NCBI RefSeq assembly: GCF_006345805.1
Contig: NC_043010.1
Coordinates: 24,304,001 to 24,368,000 of the forward strand
DNA length: 64,000 bases
DNA from: Octopus sinensis
Lineage: Eukaryota
Reading direction: 5' to 3'
Shown: positions 38,771-53,279 of the stretch, in pieces
Layout: every line of letters starts with the position of its first letter
Position numbering within the stretch: position 1 is the first letter of the stretch
Notes under the pieces: model-generated
Database searches by the model: none
What the model was told of the DNA's origin: nothing
What the model saw: only the letters and a program-made list of their open reading frames with translations
Position numbers and translations under genes: made by a program

Positions 38771-39000
38771 TTTCGTTACTACCCACAAGGGGCTAAACAC
38801 AGAGGGGATAAACAAGGACAGACAAACGGATTAAGTCGATTACATCGACCCCAGTGCGTAACTGGTACTTAATTTATCGACCCCGAAAGAATGAAAGGCA
38901 AAGTCGACCTCGGCGGAATTTGAACTCAGAACGTAACGGCAGACGAAATACGGCTACGCATTTCGCCCGGCGTGCTAACGTTTCTGCCAGCTCGCAGCCT
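38771..39000 (-). mobile_element. SINE family B, well preserved
   Basis: Full head to tail; minus-strand tail cccctctgtgtttagccccttgtgggtagtaacgaaa. Confidence 0.92.
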
Positions 39001-39540
<540 letters not shown>

Positions 39541-41108
39541 TCTCTTATATAAAAGGCAGATTTTATCTGCCTCCCTTTGGGAGTTATACAAATCTACAAT
39601 ATAGGATTTCTTCAATTACAATTTACCTAGCGTTTTTAAGAGTTCAATGCCTCGCGTCATGCCAGGTCCAGTTTTTAAAATTTAAACTCCAATTAAGCAA
39701 AATTTACAGAAAACTCACATTCTGGTGTGTGTGTCAAATGCTTTTCTTAGTCTGGTTTACACCACACGCAAACGCACACACACAGTGTGCAACGAATAAA
39801 ATGAAAGTAAATAGCGACAGAGTGATTTGAGGAAGACTAAACTGAAAGTATTTAAACCACTACTCAAAAAATAAAAAAACACAGCAAACAGAAATAAATA
39901 AATACATAACCATTTACAACTCACAGAATTTCTTCAATTAGAATTTACCTAAGATTTTTCAGAGTACTTCAGTGGGTGATGCCATAAAACATTTCTTTCA
40001 ATTTTACCACCAATTAAGACAAAATTCGAGAAAACTCAATATTTTAACATATCACTCCGAAAGCATTGATGTACATGTGTGCGTGCGTGAGTGTGTGTGT
40101 GTCATTCCTCACACACACGCATACACATACATATACAACTACATACAACTACATACACATACAACTACATACAAACACGTGTGTGTTTGTTATTAGTAAA
40201 AAAGGCGCCAAAACTCAACTCACTTATCATTCCAACACATTTGCAAAGACACACGGACGGACAGAAAAGGTAAATTGGTTTTTATTTTACTCTGTATATA
40301 TTTTATTATATAATATTATATATAGATATATGTATATATAATTGCAGTATGAAACAGTGTTTATGTATAAACAGACGACACTTATATATAGTTACCAAGC
40401 CGCCCGAATTTACCTATTCATATTTAAATGAGAATATCAGAGCAAATCTCTTTAGTACATTCGTGAAAACACGTATTATACTTCGTAAACACTTCAACTA
40501 CAGTTTTGTACAAAATCGAAGTGTAATTTTAATTCCGTGAATTATGGGAGATTTTTTTCCGAAATTGTTCCTATTGTGTTTTCAAAATTTGTAATTCTGA
40601 CAAAAAATGGATACGAATTTCATTATATTATATCAAGCAGCGAGTCAGAATTCGAAGGATTTTCTACTGAAGACCTTCATAAATCTAACTCTATGACTGA
40701 AAAAAAAAAGCATTTTTATATAAGAGTGAAGTTGTGTGTCTGTCTCCTACGATTTAGATTCCTAACTACTCCCACATTTTGCGGTGCAGTTTAACCAAAA
40801 GCGGGTATCTTATAGTCGTGATTCATATCGAGCCCTTCTGGGTATTAGCGTGCGTCTACGATGAGTCTACGATTTAAAAAAAAATTACCATCATATTTTT
40901 CCATTTTAATGCATTTTTTTCGCGTTTATATCAGGGAAGTAACTCTCTAAAAATATCTACGATGTGTCAACGATTTAAAAAAAAATTTACCTTAATTTTT
41001 TTTCAATTTTTAATGCATTTTTTTGCTATTTTTTGGCTATAACTCTCTAAAAATGCTTATATAGTTATTTCCCTTACAAACCCGAGCAACGCCGGGCGAT
41101 ACTGCTAG
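39541..41108 (+). mobile_element. Non-autonomous Helitron, long or composite (about 1.57 kb)
   Basis: A|TCtcttatataaaaggcag ... acccgagcaacgccgggcgatactgCTAG|T; second Helitron-like start near 40713; both flanks (TA)n. That the two ends belong to one element is inferred. Confidence 0.65.
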
Positions 41109-41136
41109 TATATATATATATATGTATATATATATG

Positions 41137-41167
<31 letters not shown>

Positions 41168-41194
41168 GTATATGTATATATGTATATATATATG

Positions 41195-41228
<34 letters not shown>

Positions 41229-41356
41229 TGTATATGTATTATATATATATATGTATATGTATTATATATATATGTATATATATTAATATATGTATATGTA
41301 TATATATATATATATGTAATATATATATATGTATATATATATATATTATATATATA

Positions 41357-41407
<51 letters not shown>

Positions 41408-41643
41408 GTATTGTATATATATAAGTCCGAAACGTGTATACAGTTAATCAGAGCCGGGTGGATTCGTTATCTTTTCTCTTTACCTGCGTGAGTTGTTGAG
41501 TCTTGCTGTCTGGGAGATTTTCTTGTGGTAGGGAAATAATAGTTTAACTGCTATCTCTAAATTTCGGTATGTGGTGAAGCAAATTTTGCTGAACCCTAAT
41601 CATAACCATACTCATAATTATAGAATTATATATATATAATATA

Positions 41644-41688
<45 letters not shown>

Positions 41689-41790
41689 ATAATATATATA
41701 TATATAATACATATATATATATAACATATATATATATATATTATATATAATATATACATATATACATATACATATTATATATATATATAC

Positions 41791-41936
<146 letters not shown>

Positions 41937-41949
41937 ATGAGCCTGACAC

Positions 41950-42028
41950 CCTCTTCGGTCACGACACAGACCATGGATTGGACCTAGAATGTTACCTTTC
42001 CAGGCACAAGTCCGGGCAAGGTTGCTTC
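41950..42028 (-). mobile_element. SINE family C tail fragment
   Basis: Reverse complement matches 35480-35557 (ggacttgtgcctgg..gtcatgaccgaa). Confidence 0.7.
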
Positions 42029-42147
42029 AGTTTTTAATAATGTTATATTTCTTCACTAATATGCATGCAATGCCTTATATAATAGAACTGTATATTAACA
42101 AATCAATGTAGATAAAGAAGGCTAGTTCATCAGATCATCAGCACTTC

Positions 42148-42527
42148 ATGCTTACACTAATGCTTCAGTGGAGGCGCAATGGCCCAGTGGTTAAGGCAGG
42201 GGAATCGCGGTCATAAGATCGCGGTTTCGATTCCCCGACCGGGCGTTGTGAGCGAGAGCACCTAAATCTCCACGATGCTCCGGTAGGAGGTGGTGGCGAA
42301 CCTTGCTGTACTTTTTCACCACAACTTTGACTCTTCCTGTTTCTGTTGTACCTGTATTTCAAAGGGCCAGCATTGTCACACTTTGTGTCACGCTGAATCT
42401 CCCCAAGAATTACATTAAGTGTACACGTGTCTGTGGAGTGCTCAGCCACTTGCACGTTACTTTCACGAGCAGGCTGTTCCGTTGATCGGATCAACTGGAA
42501 CCCTCGTTGTCGTAGCCGACGAGTTCC
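42148..42527 (+). mobile_element. tRNA-derived SINE family D with 20-nt leader
   Basis: Colinear with 37511-37877. Confidence 0.9.
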
Positions 42528-42597
42528 ACGAAAGCTTCAAGTCTTGGGATGAAAGTATTTAAGCGAAGAGGTTGATTCAGTTGAAAGATCTAATCCC

Positions 42598-42652
<55 letters not shown>

Positions 42653-42786
42653 GAAACAACAATACACCGCCGAACTGGTACTCTTCTTCTAGCAATAGCA
42701 GCCAAATCTACCTAAAATTAAACTTGACCGTCTTGGAAGTAAAACGCAAACTGAACAGTAAGGGCACGGCTATGCCCTCACTGAAC

Positions 42787-43109
42787 CATAGGTTCTCAAA
42801 GTGTACGCTATTGCCCCCCGGTGGGCATTGAGACGGTCCAGGTGGACGCTGGTGCCTAAGGGGGAGGTGGGGAGGTGCGATAGAGGTAAAGGAGGCGTTG
42901 TGAGACAGGCAGGGAATTGGGGGAGGCTATGAATTTATTACATTATTATAGTATTGTATACAAATTATATAATATATTAAATATCAAATGATCCATAATA
43001 TATATAAATTAGTAAAATATGAACAATATATTTATACATAAAAATATGGGTGGGGGCACAGAGGGTATTCTGTGGCCATGAGGTGACCCAAATAGTTTGA
43101 GAAACTCTG
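42787..43109. mobile_element. Probable old hAT-type MITE
   Basis: Imperfect TIRs cataggttctcaaa / tttgagaaactctg resemble hAT CAG..TTCTCAAA ends; 8-bp flanks cactgaac vs atctaaac match 5 of 8. Confidence 0.45.
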
Positions 43110-43555
43110 ATCTAAACCTTGAGCGTAGATCACCGTGATGAGATTTAGACTGCTACCTAACCCCCGAAATCTCTATAGATACATTATGACATTATGAGTT
43201 TGATACCTTGTCTCTCTATTCTTATATTCTTGGGCGCTGAAGTTGTTGATAGATTCTCAAATATTCCAAACGACTTTCTAAGGCCCGACTCAATTTTATT
43301 CTTTTCTCCATACTGAATATATGTTTGTGGGTATATATGTGTGTCTATGTATGTATTTATGTATGAATATTTCCATTTATGTGTGTATTTATGTATTTTC
43401 TGAATATATGCTTGTATATATGTAGCATGTCCGTTAGTAAACAGTTTTAATCTTGTTGATTTTTTAGCTTTTATGAAACGAATCATTTTTCTTTTAATGT
43501 TTGTGATTTACACGTACATACACTTATGTGAACACCAACACATACATATAAACAC

Positions 43556-43629
<74 letters not shown>

Positions 43630-44289
43630 CAAATACATACACGTGCATCAACACCAAGAGAAAGAAAAGAGAGAGGGGGAGAGACAGAGAAACAGAGGGA
43701 AAGAGAGACAACTGTATGTTACTGGATTATAGTTTTTCAGATCGACAATGTCTTTTCATGTCTCCCAAGTGAACTCCATCTTCATTTCAGAACGGAGAGG
43801 AAGGACAAAGTCATAAAAGAAAAACAAAATAAAAATAAGAACGAAAAATACTTCCCTAACAACCGACGTTTGTATTTCGTCGCTCTCTTGTCTCAGCGGT
43901 TTTTTCCCTTGCCGTATTAATGATAAATATCACCGATAGCTCCGTTCGCAGGTTTGATGTGTTAGGTTTTAGAAGCAGTCTCTCAAGATCTGATCTTTAC
44001 TTGATACCATTACAATGTCGGTCGGTCATATAACGACCACTGTCTTCAGAAAATATGGTGGTTGAGACGATAAAGAGGATATTGTGATAATTCTTTGAAC
44101 TGTTTAACATGAAGAATTAATGGTGCATTCTTTGATGAAAGTGACTACTGGAAATGTTTGCTAAAAACACCTTGTTGCACAATGCATTGAAAGAACAGCG
44201 TTGATTTTTCGAACCAAATTTATCTTATCAACATCGTTTTGTTAGGGACAAATCAATTGTTTGGAAAGAAGTATCGTTTGTTATCTTTC

Positions 44290-44330
44290 TGTCATTCATC
44301 TTAAATCTCACCATCATCACCGTCGTCATT

Positions 44331-44361
<31 letters not shown>

Positions 44362-44377
44362 GTTTCACAACAACGAC

Positions 44378-44424
<47 letters not shown>

Positions 44425-44492
44425 CAATAACAATAACAATAACAACAACAATAATGATAATAATAATAATAACAATAATAATAATAATAATA

Positions 44493-44531
<39 letters not shown>

Positions 44532-44560
44532 TGATAATGATGATGATGTTAATGATGATG

Positions 44561-44592
<32 letters not shown>

Positions 44593-44620
44593 GATGATGA
44601 TGATGAAGATGATGATGATT
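44290..44620. repeat. Compound trinucleotide microsatellite (CAT/AAT/AAC/GAT)
   Basis: Direct inspection; similar tracts at 56905-57310, 58515-58795 and 59825-60018. Confidence 0.95.
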
Positions 44621-44634
44621 TCAAATTTTTGCCA

Positions 44635-44827
44635 AAAGGGCAGCTTGTGGGGATTGGATTAAGTCGACTACATCGACCCCAGTGCGTAACTAGTACTTAT
44701 GTAATCGACCCCGAAAGGATGAAAAGCAAATTCGACCTCGGCAGAAGTTGGACCTAGATCATAGCGACGGGCGAAATGTTTAGCGGTATTTCACCCGACG
44801 CTCTAACGATTCTGTTAACTCGCCGCC

Positions 44828-44829
<2 letters not shown>
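44635..44829 (-). mobile_element. SINE family B
   Basis: gattaagtcgactacatcgaccccagtgcg..ctcgccgcctt. Confidence 0.8.
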
Positions 44830-44870
<41 letters not shown>

Positions 44871-44872
<2 letters not shown>

Positions 44873-45427
44873 GCCCTGATGCAGTACAAGGGTGTGGTTC
44901 TCATGATATCTGACCTTAACTGATTGGAAGTGTTATCATGTACATTGTTTTGTCTTGGTATAAAAGATGGGCTACAGCAAATATCTTGTGCAATAGCACA
45001 GATTTGCTTGTCAGTTGCTTGACGTTAACCAGTTCAGCATGTCCCTTGGTGGTTGACGATATGTGCATCTCTGATCATGAGCAGAAGTACTTGGGGAACA
45101 TCATAGCCATGTGTTGAGAGGAATTATTTGGGGTTTCGATAATTCATTTTTGGAAACATGTGGGTTTTGTTCAACATCCTTAAACAACCATTATTCAGGG
45201 ACCTTTTAAGCTGGATGAGCTACTCGACCTGAAGAAAATTCTAATTGGGCCCCAGCTGCAAGGTCAGGCGCTGTTTATCTTGATATGTGATTATCATGTC
45301 GCGTACTTATGTTTGAGCTGTATGTGCCTGGAGTAACCTTATCAGACAGGTAGTCATGATCGGTATATTGAGCTTCGTATAATTATACCCCTGTGTCACT
45401 TTAATGACATGCACTGCTCTCTCGCTC
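44871..45427. repeat. Unclassified interspersed repeat E embedded in (AAT)n
   Basis: 557-bp non-coding block with (AAT)n on both sides; an inverted fragment of it recurs at about 60085-60235. Confidence 0.65.
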
Positions 45428-45464
<37 letters not shown>

Positions 45465-45477
45465 GGATCAAGTCTCA

Positions 45478-45690
45478 ACCTCGGAACTTTCCAGGAAGTG
45501 TCTCATCCCCGGAACTTTCCAGGAAGTCTCATCCTCGGAATTTTCCTGGAAGTCCAATCGTCTGGACTTTCCAGTAAATCTCTCATCCTCAGAAGTTTCC
45601 AGGAAGTCCTCGGAATTTTGCAGGAAGTCCCATCGTCGTAACTTTCCAGGAAGTCCCATCCTCGGAGCTTTCCAGGAAATCTCTCATCCC
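45478..45690. repeat. Minisatellite, about 8 units of roughly 20-29 bp (ggaactttccaggaagtcYcatcctc)
   Basis: Direct inspection. Confidence 0.9.
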
Positions 45691-46378
45691 ATACAATTTT
45701 GAAAATATTATGTTCGCAAAAGTTTGGGATGAATTTGATTACACAATCGATTCACAATGGACCGATTTCTATACTGTACAGTTCGTTATATCTAAAAATA
45801 CTTACGTTATAGAAACACGTGCCGGCCTTTGTATGATGTAATCCTGAATTAAAGATGTGTTACTCATTATTATTTCTTTACTAGTTTTAGCTCGAGAACT
45901 GCGTCATGCCGGAGCACCATCATTAAAGTCTTTTGGACAGAAAAAGTGGAAGGTTGTTGGTGGAACTCGAACTCACATCTCCTATAAACATGACAGGCGT
46001 TCTACCATTTTCCATTCTTGCTATTGTGATTATAATATACTCTGGAATTTTTCGAAATTCTTCAAAGTGAAATTTGGAATTACTTATCGCACTGAGAGTA
46101 TTACCATGGCTGTCAATTCCATTCGCATTTAACGTGTCTCTGACTGTTAACCAACTGAGTACTTAGAGATATTGGTATGTATATATATAATATTAATTCG
46201 AGACAAAACCACTATTTTGCAAATCAAACAAGGAAAGACTTAATCAATACATAAAAAATTTAATATAAAGTAAATAATTCGCCACTACAATTTTTTCCTG
46301 TCTTCAAATGACATTCATCCTAAATCTGATTTTTCCCTGTAAATTTGGATTTATTCCCTAATATTTATTATTATGTAT

Positions 46379-46640
46379 AACCCTATACATACACACGTCC
46401 AGACCCCTCATACGCACTTATACTCTCTCATACACACACACACACTTATACATACTAATACGTACTAATACATACTAATACATACTAATACATACACCAA
46501 CCCCATACATACGCCTGTCCAGACCTATCCTACGCACTAATACTCTCTCATACACACACACACACACACACCCTTATACATACTAATACATACACCAACC
46601 CTATACATACACACGTCCAGACCCCTCCTACGCACTAATA
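46379..46640. repeat. Tandem repeat, about 2.4 units of 100-120 bp
   Basis: aaccc(t/c)atacatac.c..gtccagacc at about 46379, 46499 and 46597. Confidence 0.85.
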
Positions 46641-46738
46641 GGTGGTCATTCAACCCTGTTATCAACCCTATTATCTCCCCTTATTTCGCTCTCGCGTCTC
46701 ATGTTTGATCTTTGACTTCTGGCCGAAATCAGATCGCC

Positions 46739-46945
46739 ATGTTGATTCGTTAGTTACTGCATGCATTTTTTTCTCTCCTTCTTTCTGTGTTTTTTTTCTC
46801 TCTGTGTATCTTTCTGTTGAAGAGCGTAGGCTCGAACGTTAAAGACTTGTTTTATTTATATTTCCTGAGCGCCATACTAATACAATTGTTTGTTTGTTTT
46901 CCACCTGCCTTCGTCTTTTGTCTATTTTCATAAAGCTTCCCGTTA
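46739..46945 (+). mobile_element. Interspersed repeat with hammerhead-like motif (PLE terminal-type), copy 1
   Basis: Nearly identical to 53488-53696; motif tcttt-CTGTTGA-aGAGC gtag GCTC-GAA-cgtt-aaaga at 46809-46845. Confidence 0.7.
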
Positions 46946-47534
46946 TATATATATATATATATATATATAATACATAATTAGAAATAGCAGTCGGAGACTG
47001 TTTATTTCTATTTTCTACATATGGGACTCAACATACGACGCATGGTAAAATTTTGGAGGGAATATTTACGAATTCAATTGTCTATATAGGTTTAGCCTAT
47101 GCTCACTTTCTTCCACTATTTTGACGTCGCTTGGTCAGAGGTGGAGGTACGTAGCTTTTGATAAATCTATGGAAGGTTGCGCCGATGAAAGACATGAAAT
47201 ATATATTCATATTTCTAATCTAGAAACATGTTCGTAAATGACTGCTAGACTTTGTTTTCGTTATTTATTCCTTCTGTTTTGCATATGTGAATTACAGGGA
47301 TATGTCGTATGTGGAGTCCCATTTGTAGAAAATAGAAATAAACAGTCTCCGACGGCTATTTCTAGTTTTTTCGGTATGCGGCTAAGCAACCTGTTGCCTG
47401 CCCCTTCTATTTATATACAACATATATATATACTGAAATTTACAGAAGTTCCTACCGTTAATGGTTATATTTACATGCCGATATCTACCAGTAAATAATT
47501 GTTGGTTTTTTTAAAACCATCGAAGAAATTATTT

Positions 47535-47586
<52 letters not shown>

Positions 47587-47656
47587 TATATATATATATA
47601 CACACAACACACACCACACACACACACATATATACACTATATATATACATATATAT

Positions 47657-47688
<32 letters not shown>

Positions 47689-47779
47689 CTATATATATAC
47701 ATATACATATATATATACATTATATAATATAACATATATATTTTATATATATAATATTATAATATATGATATATATATA

Positions 47780-47822
<43 letters not shown>

Positions 47823-47893
47823 AAAACTTTACATATATAATATATAATAACGTGAAATACACGAAGGACGAAATATATATATATATATATATA

Positions 47894-49740
47894 GTGTTTT
47901 TCTCTGTGCGCTTGAAGTCGTCACGCTGGTGTGCAGCTGGCGAAAATTGAATTGAAAGACGCTCTACCTTAAGGTAAGACTTTTTGCTCTTTGAATCCAG
48001 TAGGATTTGTTGCCTGTAGGTTTAATTTTTTTGTAGAAGCAAGGAGTCCTTACTGGATTCGGAGCTTGCGGTGGAGATATGTGTGTGTTTTCTCACATAG
48101 TTGTGAGAAATTGTTTTTGAAAATTCTCTGTGGATTATTAGCCAGGAGTACCTTTCGGCTGAAAATTATTTTCTTTGCCAGCATTTGAACTCTTTTTTGA
48201 AAACTTTATTGACCTGTTATTTTTATTTTTTCTTCCCTTCTGTTGTGTCTTTCTTTCCTTTTTTGTGTATCTTTCTTCATTTGAAACCGTATTGTGAACT
48301 GTATTTGAACTTTTTTTTTTTAAATGGCAAAGGAATTATTAGTGTGGGAATTAACATCTCGCAAGACATAGCTAAAAGAGTTCGAAAGGAAGACGATGGT
48401 GTTGAGTCGCTCGATACCATAACCGTCTTCCCGAAAGCCACAATTTTGAAAGAGCTGGCAGAATACATGCCAGCCATTAAATTTATTTCACGGGGAGTCA
48501 AATATGCAACGGTCTGGTTGCTATTTGACTCCCCCAAGAGGCTTGCGAATCTGCAAAACGGCCCCTGGAGGGCAAAGAAATTATGGTTCTTCCCAATTAT
48601 TGTGGGAAGAACTTAATGAGCCCGAGTGGATAGAGGATTCTATCCGCCGGGGTCTGGGTGGTAACAGTACCAAGCTGCTCAACGTGAAAATTTTGCCTGC
48701 GGCTGAATGGGAGGGGTCAAAAGCTATTTTGACCCCAAGTATCACCTGTGCCTGGAGACCGGCCACATCAAGAAAAACTGCCCCAAGGACCAAAATAGGA
48801 TCCTGGAGCAGTTAATAGAGGAATCACTCCCTGGTCCCTCAATGGAGGGAGAGACGGAGGAGGATGACGAGGAGGTTTCCACCTCCTCGAAAAAATGAAA
48901 GCGAAAGGTGGGCAACAGTGGCTGCCCACCGAAGAACCCGAGGGCTGCGGGAGAAAAGGAGGACCTGCTGGACACAGCAAAGGAACACCATCCTCCCGCG
49001 GCCCAAGGGAAAAAGAAAAGAAAAAAGAAAAACGGGACATTGCCGGCGGGTTGAAACACGCTGCCGGCATGTCCCGATTCTCCTTCGGTGGGTTTGCCGC
49101 TGGAGGAGGCATTTGTGGTCCTCTTCCACAAGGGAGGAACTTTGCAGAATGAAATTTAAAAAATTGAAAGGAAGGGCCGGTGGGAGGGGCTTCTGTCCTG
49201 CACGGAGGACCCTGAGTGGCCTTCGCAGGTGGCTGCGGAGGTCTTATGGGATAACGATCTGTGCAGGATAATGAATACCTTCCCAGCGGACTCCTTTAGA
49301 TATATGGCCAAGTGGTCCGGCTTGGAACCGAATAGATGCTTCGATGAAGCGAGGAGCCTGGTCGGACAGAAAACTTGAAGTATTGGACGTTTGGACTCAA
49401 AAAGAGTCTACAAAATGTAAAATAAATGTGTGAGGATTATTGCCTCGCGTGTGTGATTTTCTTTTTCAATATTGAACTATGTACGAGGTTTATAGCCTCA
49501 TTGTGCCTCAAAAAGAAAAAAAATAAGAACTCTGAACTATGTAAGAGGTTTATCGCCTCGTTGTGTTTTTAATAAAATAAAAAAAGAACAATGTTTTAGA
49601 GAAACGAAAGTCGGCGGGCGCTTTTCGTCTTCTCCCATCCTTATCATCCTTGCATCATTATCATTCATCCCATTAATGTCTGTGTCCAGCCCGCAAGCTT
49701 CTCCCTGTGCGCTGCCCTTGCGGCAAATTAAATGAAATAA
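47894..49740 (+). mobile_element. ORF1-only retroelement, family 2, decayed second copy
   Basis: ATG at 48324 (MAKELLVWEL, then an early stop); internal deletions; HLCLETGHIKKNC knuckle; C-terminal domain to stop at 49378; same 3' tail TGCC-cttgc-GGCA..gaaataa. Confidence 0.85.
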
Positions 49741-49759
49741 GGAAGATTGTTTCCCATTC

Positions 49760-49893
49760 AGGTTACCGGGTTCAGTCCCACAGCGTGGCATCTTCGGAAA
49801 ATGTCTTCTACTATAGCCTTGGACCAACCGAAGCCTTGTGAATGGATTCGGCAGACGGAAACTGAAAGAAGCCTGTCGTGTATGTGTGTGTGT

Positions 49894-49932
<39 letters not shown>

Positions 49933-50154
49933 CGTGTGTATGTACATGTTTGTGCCTCTGTGTTTATTCCCCCACCATCGCTTGACACCGATCTTGTGTT
50001 TACGTTCCCGTAAGTTAGCGGTTCGGAAAACGAGCCCGATAGTAAGTGTTAGGCTTACAAAGAATTCGTCCTGGGGTCGATTTGTCCGACTAAAGGCGGT
50101 GCTCCAGCATGGCCGCAGTCAAATGACTGAAACAAGTAAAAGAATAAAAGAATA
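49760..50154 (+). mobile_element. SINE family A (5'-truncated)
   Basis: gggttcagtccc..aaaggcggtgctccagcatggccgcagtcaaatgactgaaac. Confidence 0.88.
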
Positions 50155-51407
50155 TACATGTGTGTGTGTGTGTGTGTGTGTATGTGTGTGTGTGTGTGTG
50201 TTAGTTTATGTATATCTCTGGAGGAATGTATGATATCCTAATAAATGACTATGAAAATGATAAACACTTATGAACATCTCGTGTATTTCAGCTTATATCC
50301 ATGATATCATATACATATTTAGCAGATGTTTATCACTTGGCATGTTTCCAATCTATATCCATAATGAATGTTCTCTATTCTTTTAGACCGCATTAATGAT
50401 TCATCGGCTCTTTTTTCCGTTTCGCGCAACAGGAAGGAAACGTAGATTATGGTTTTCTTTTGTTAGGTTTGGATAAAACTCTCTTGTAAAAAAAAATATT
50501 GCGATATCATTTTAATTATTTATCAGGCTACGCTGTATTCTACACTCTCACAAACACATGTGTGTTCGGGTATGCTTGTGTGTGTGTGTTTGTCTGAGTG
50601 TTTGTCTATGTGTATTTGTGTGCCCGTTGAATATGACAATGTATTTGAAGAATATTCATGTGTGTTTGTGTTCTGTTTTGCGTGTTTGTGTGTGTGTGTG
50701 TGTGTGGTGTGTGTGTGTGTAAAACATGACAAATTAATTTTTATATTGGAATCATTCCCTTACTATTTTCTTTATGCTTGACAACCGATTATGCTGCATT
50801 CTGTTAATTCTGACCAGTTTATCACTATCAATTAATCTACTCCTTCGTTCATATCATTCCTAAATACAATATTTTCAACAAATCGAAATCATAATTCTAA
50901 AATTTGGAGAATCATCAACAGAATAATGAATAAAATAAACGGACCGTCAGTTTTCAGCAAGATATTTCGAAAGCATTTAATATATAAACAGAAATCAATT
51001 GAAAAGCAGCGAAGGAATAAGAAACCCTCTCTGCCTGCTTACATATAGTAATTTGCGTTGTTATATAGAGACGAAAGGCAGGTCATGTTTTGGGGGAATG
51101 GAAGCGAGAGAAAGAGCAGATCAAGCAACTTTAATAAAGAGGCAATGGAGAAGTCTTACGTGATCTCACAGAAAATAAGCGCACGAACTTCCATCGAATT
51201 ACATTTCACTGTCTTTAAAAGAGGTCACTTTGTTTAACGTGTCCACCATTTTTGTTTCAGTTTTGTAACTGAAAAAATGGTGGAATCGTCACGTCTGGAA
51301 TGTTCTTGATCATGGATTTGCTCAGTAGGTGATGGCTTGCTATTAATATACAGCAATAAATCTTTATCAGTCCCTGAGGTTATACGTTTGAGGTCGATAT
51401 TTGAGGT

Positions 51408-51712
51408 CCGTGGCCTGGTGGTCAGAGTATTCGACTCACGATGGTAAGGTCGACTCCTGGGGGTGCGTAGTGTCCTTGAGCAAGCCACTTGATTCAACAT
51501 TGCTCCAGTTCACTCAGTTGGCCAAAACGTGTTGTACTTGTAATTCAAATGGCCAGACTCGTCACATTATCTGTCACGCTGAATTTCCCCGAGAACTACG
51601 TTAAGGGTACGTGTCTGTGGAGTACTCGGCCATTTGCACGTTAATTTCACGAACAGGTTGTTCTGTTGACCGGATCAACAGGAATTCACATCATCGCAAA
51701 CGACGGAGAACC
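51408..51712 (+). mobile_element. Hybrid tRNA-SINE (C-type head and middle, D-type tail)
   Basis: gtgtccttgagcaagccac..ctccagttcactcag followed by gtcacgctgaatttccccgagaactacgttaaggg. Confidence 0.75.
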
Positions 51713-53221
51713 AGTTTTCATATGATCAACAGAAACCTTTCTAAAGGAATAAGACTGTTTTTGTTCTGAAGTACTTATAGAAACCTCGCTTTGGTTTAAA
51801 ATGCAGTGGAAGATGCAAGACTCACGATGTTGAAATGCCATCTGTAACCTATAGAACGGACTTATGATCAGTTTTAAGGCCGTCGGCAGAAAAGTCACGG
51901 ACAGATAAGGAATTGCAGGGGATTACGAACGTGAGAAGCAAGAATTGAGACTAGTTATTAGTGAGGGTGACTTACATGCCATGAAGGAGTAGGAGTGATG
52001 AGAGAAGAGGAAGACTGTCTTGAATGAACTTAAATGGAGATGGTATATAATTTGCTAATTCTGAAAGAGTTCATTGTAAATAGACATTGAACAAGAAATA
52101 TATATCACGACTTTGGGCGAAAGTGCGTAGCGTTTTGGTTTGTGATTCTTTGCCAGTTAATCATAGGACATTCTTATGAATGTATTTATTAGTTTGTGTG
52201 AGTTGTAGTAGCAGCCCCCAGATTGGCCTTATGTTTTATATACATGATATATCTAAACAGAGATTATCTTATATTTATAACCCATTCATTTCAAAGTTAA
52301 TTTTATGCAAAATTAAAGCGAAAGAGTTTATTGAAAATTGTAAGAAATTAAACTGTTTTGTCAATTAAACTCTGTTCTTATATTTGAAGGAGAATTTACA
52401 TTTTATTGAAAACTACACATCACTTATACACTTTAAGAGACAATCATATTCGACGATAAACACAGTTTGTATTATTGATTTCTGTTTACTACTTAAAATG
52501 GTTCTTCGATATTTTCAGCAGAACGAGAAAGCAAATTATGGTTTTTATGTATAATGGCTTCATCCAGGGTATTGTGACAGTGTGCAGTCACGCTTTACAA
52601 GCGGCTTTACCTCCTTGTTGTTCAATAGCACAAATGACTAGTGCATAGCCTTACAAGAAATACCGAGCCAACGAAGAAGCCTCTGTGTCGTCGATCGAAC
52701 TGCTAGAAATAACAGACAAATTCCTTCAAACTTCAAATCCCTATAAGCTGATTGTGTAATCATTATGTAGGCTGCTGAGAGAAGAGACTTTATGCAATGA
52801 CTGTAATACAGTTTATCATAAGTCTGATCAAGCATGTGTGTCATCAGTCATATTTCTGACTACTGTTCGGTCTACATAATCAATAGTCAAACAGCAATTA
52901 CTGATCAATCAAACTTTAACTGCAATGGACAAACTAGATCAATTGTTAGCAACGGTCAACACCGTGGTTGTGGTATCAGTTTATGCTAAGAGGCATGCGT
53001 AGCACATAGATTATTGTGGGATCTCTTTCAGTGGCGTAAACTCTTCAATTAACACATACGGATCATCACATGCAAGGATCAAACTAGGACTGCAATCGAC
53101 ACCAATGGAAACGTGAATTCATTCAATGATTTTTATCCAAGTATACGAACTGTTGCGATAGCAGATTACATTCTACAGGCTGATTCTTGTTTTCATTTAA
53201 TACTTTCGATTCCACACTAAA

Positions 53222-53279
<58 letters not shown>

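Noticed and set aside
45478-45690. Possible CRISPR-like array or coding repeat (63-aa minus-strand ORF)
   Set aside because: No unique spacers, no cas genes and a eukaryotic context; the ORF is a by-product of the repeat.
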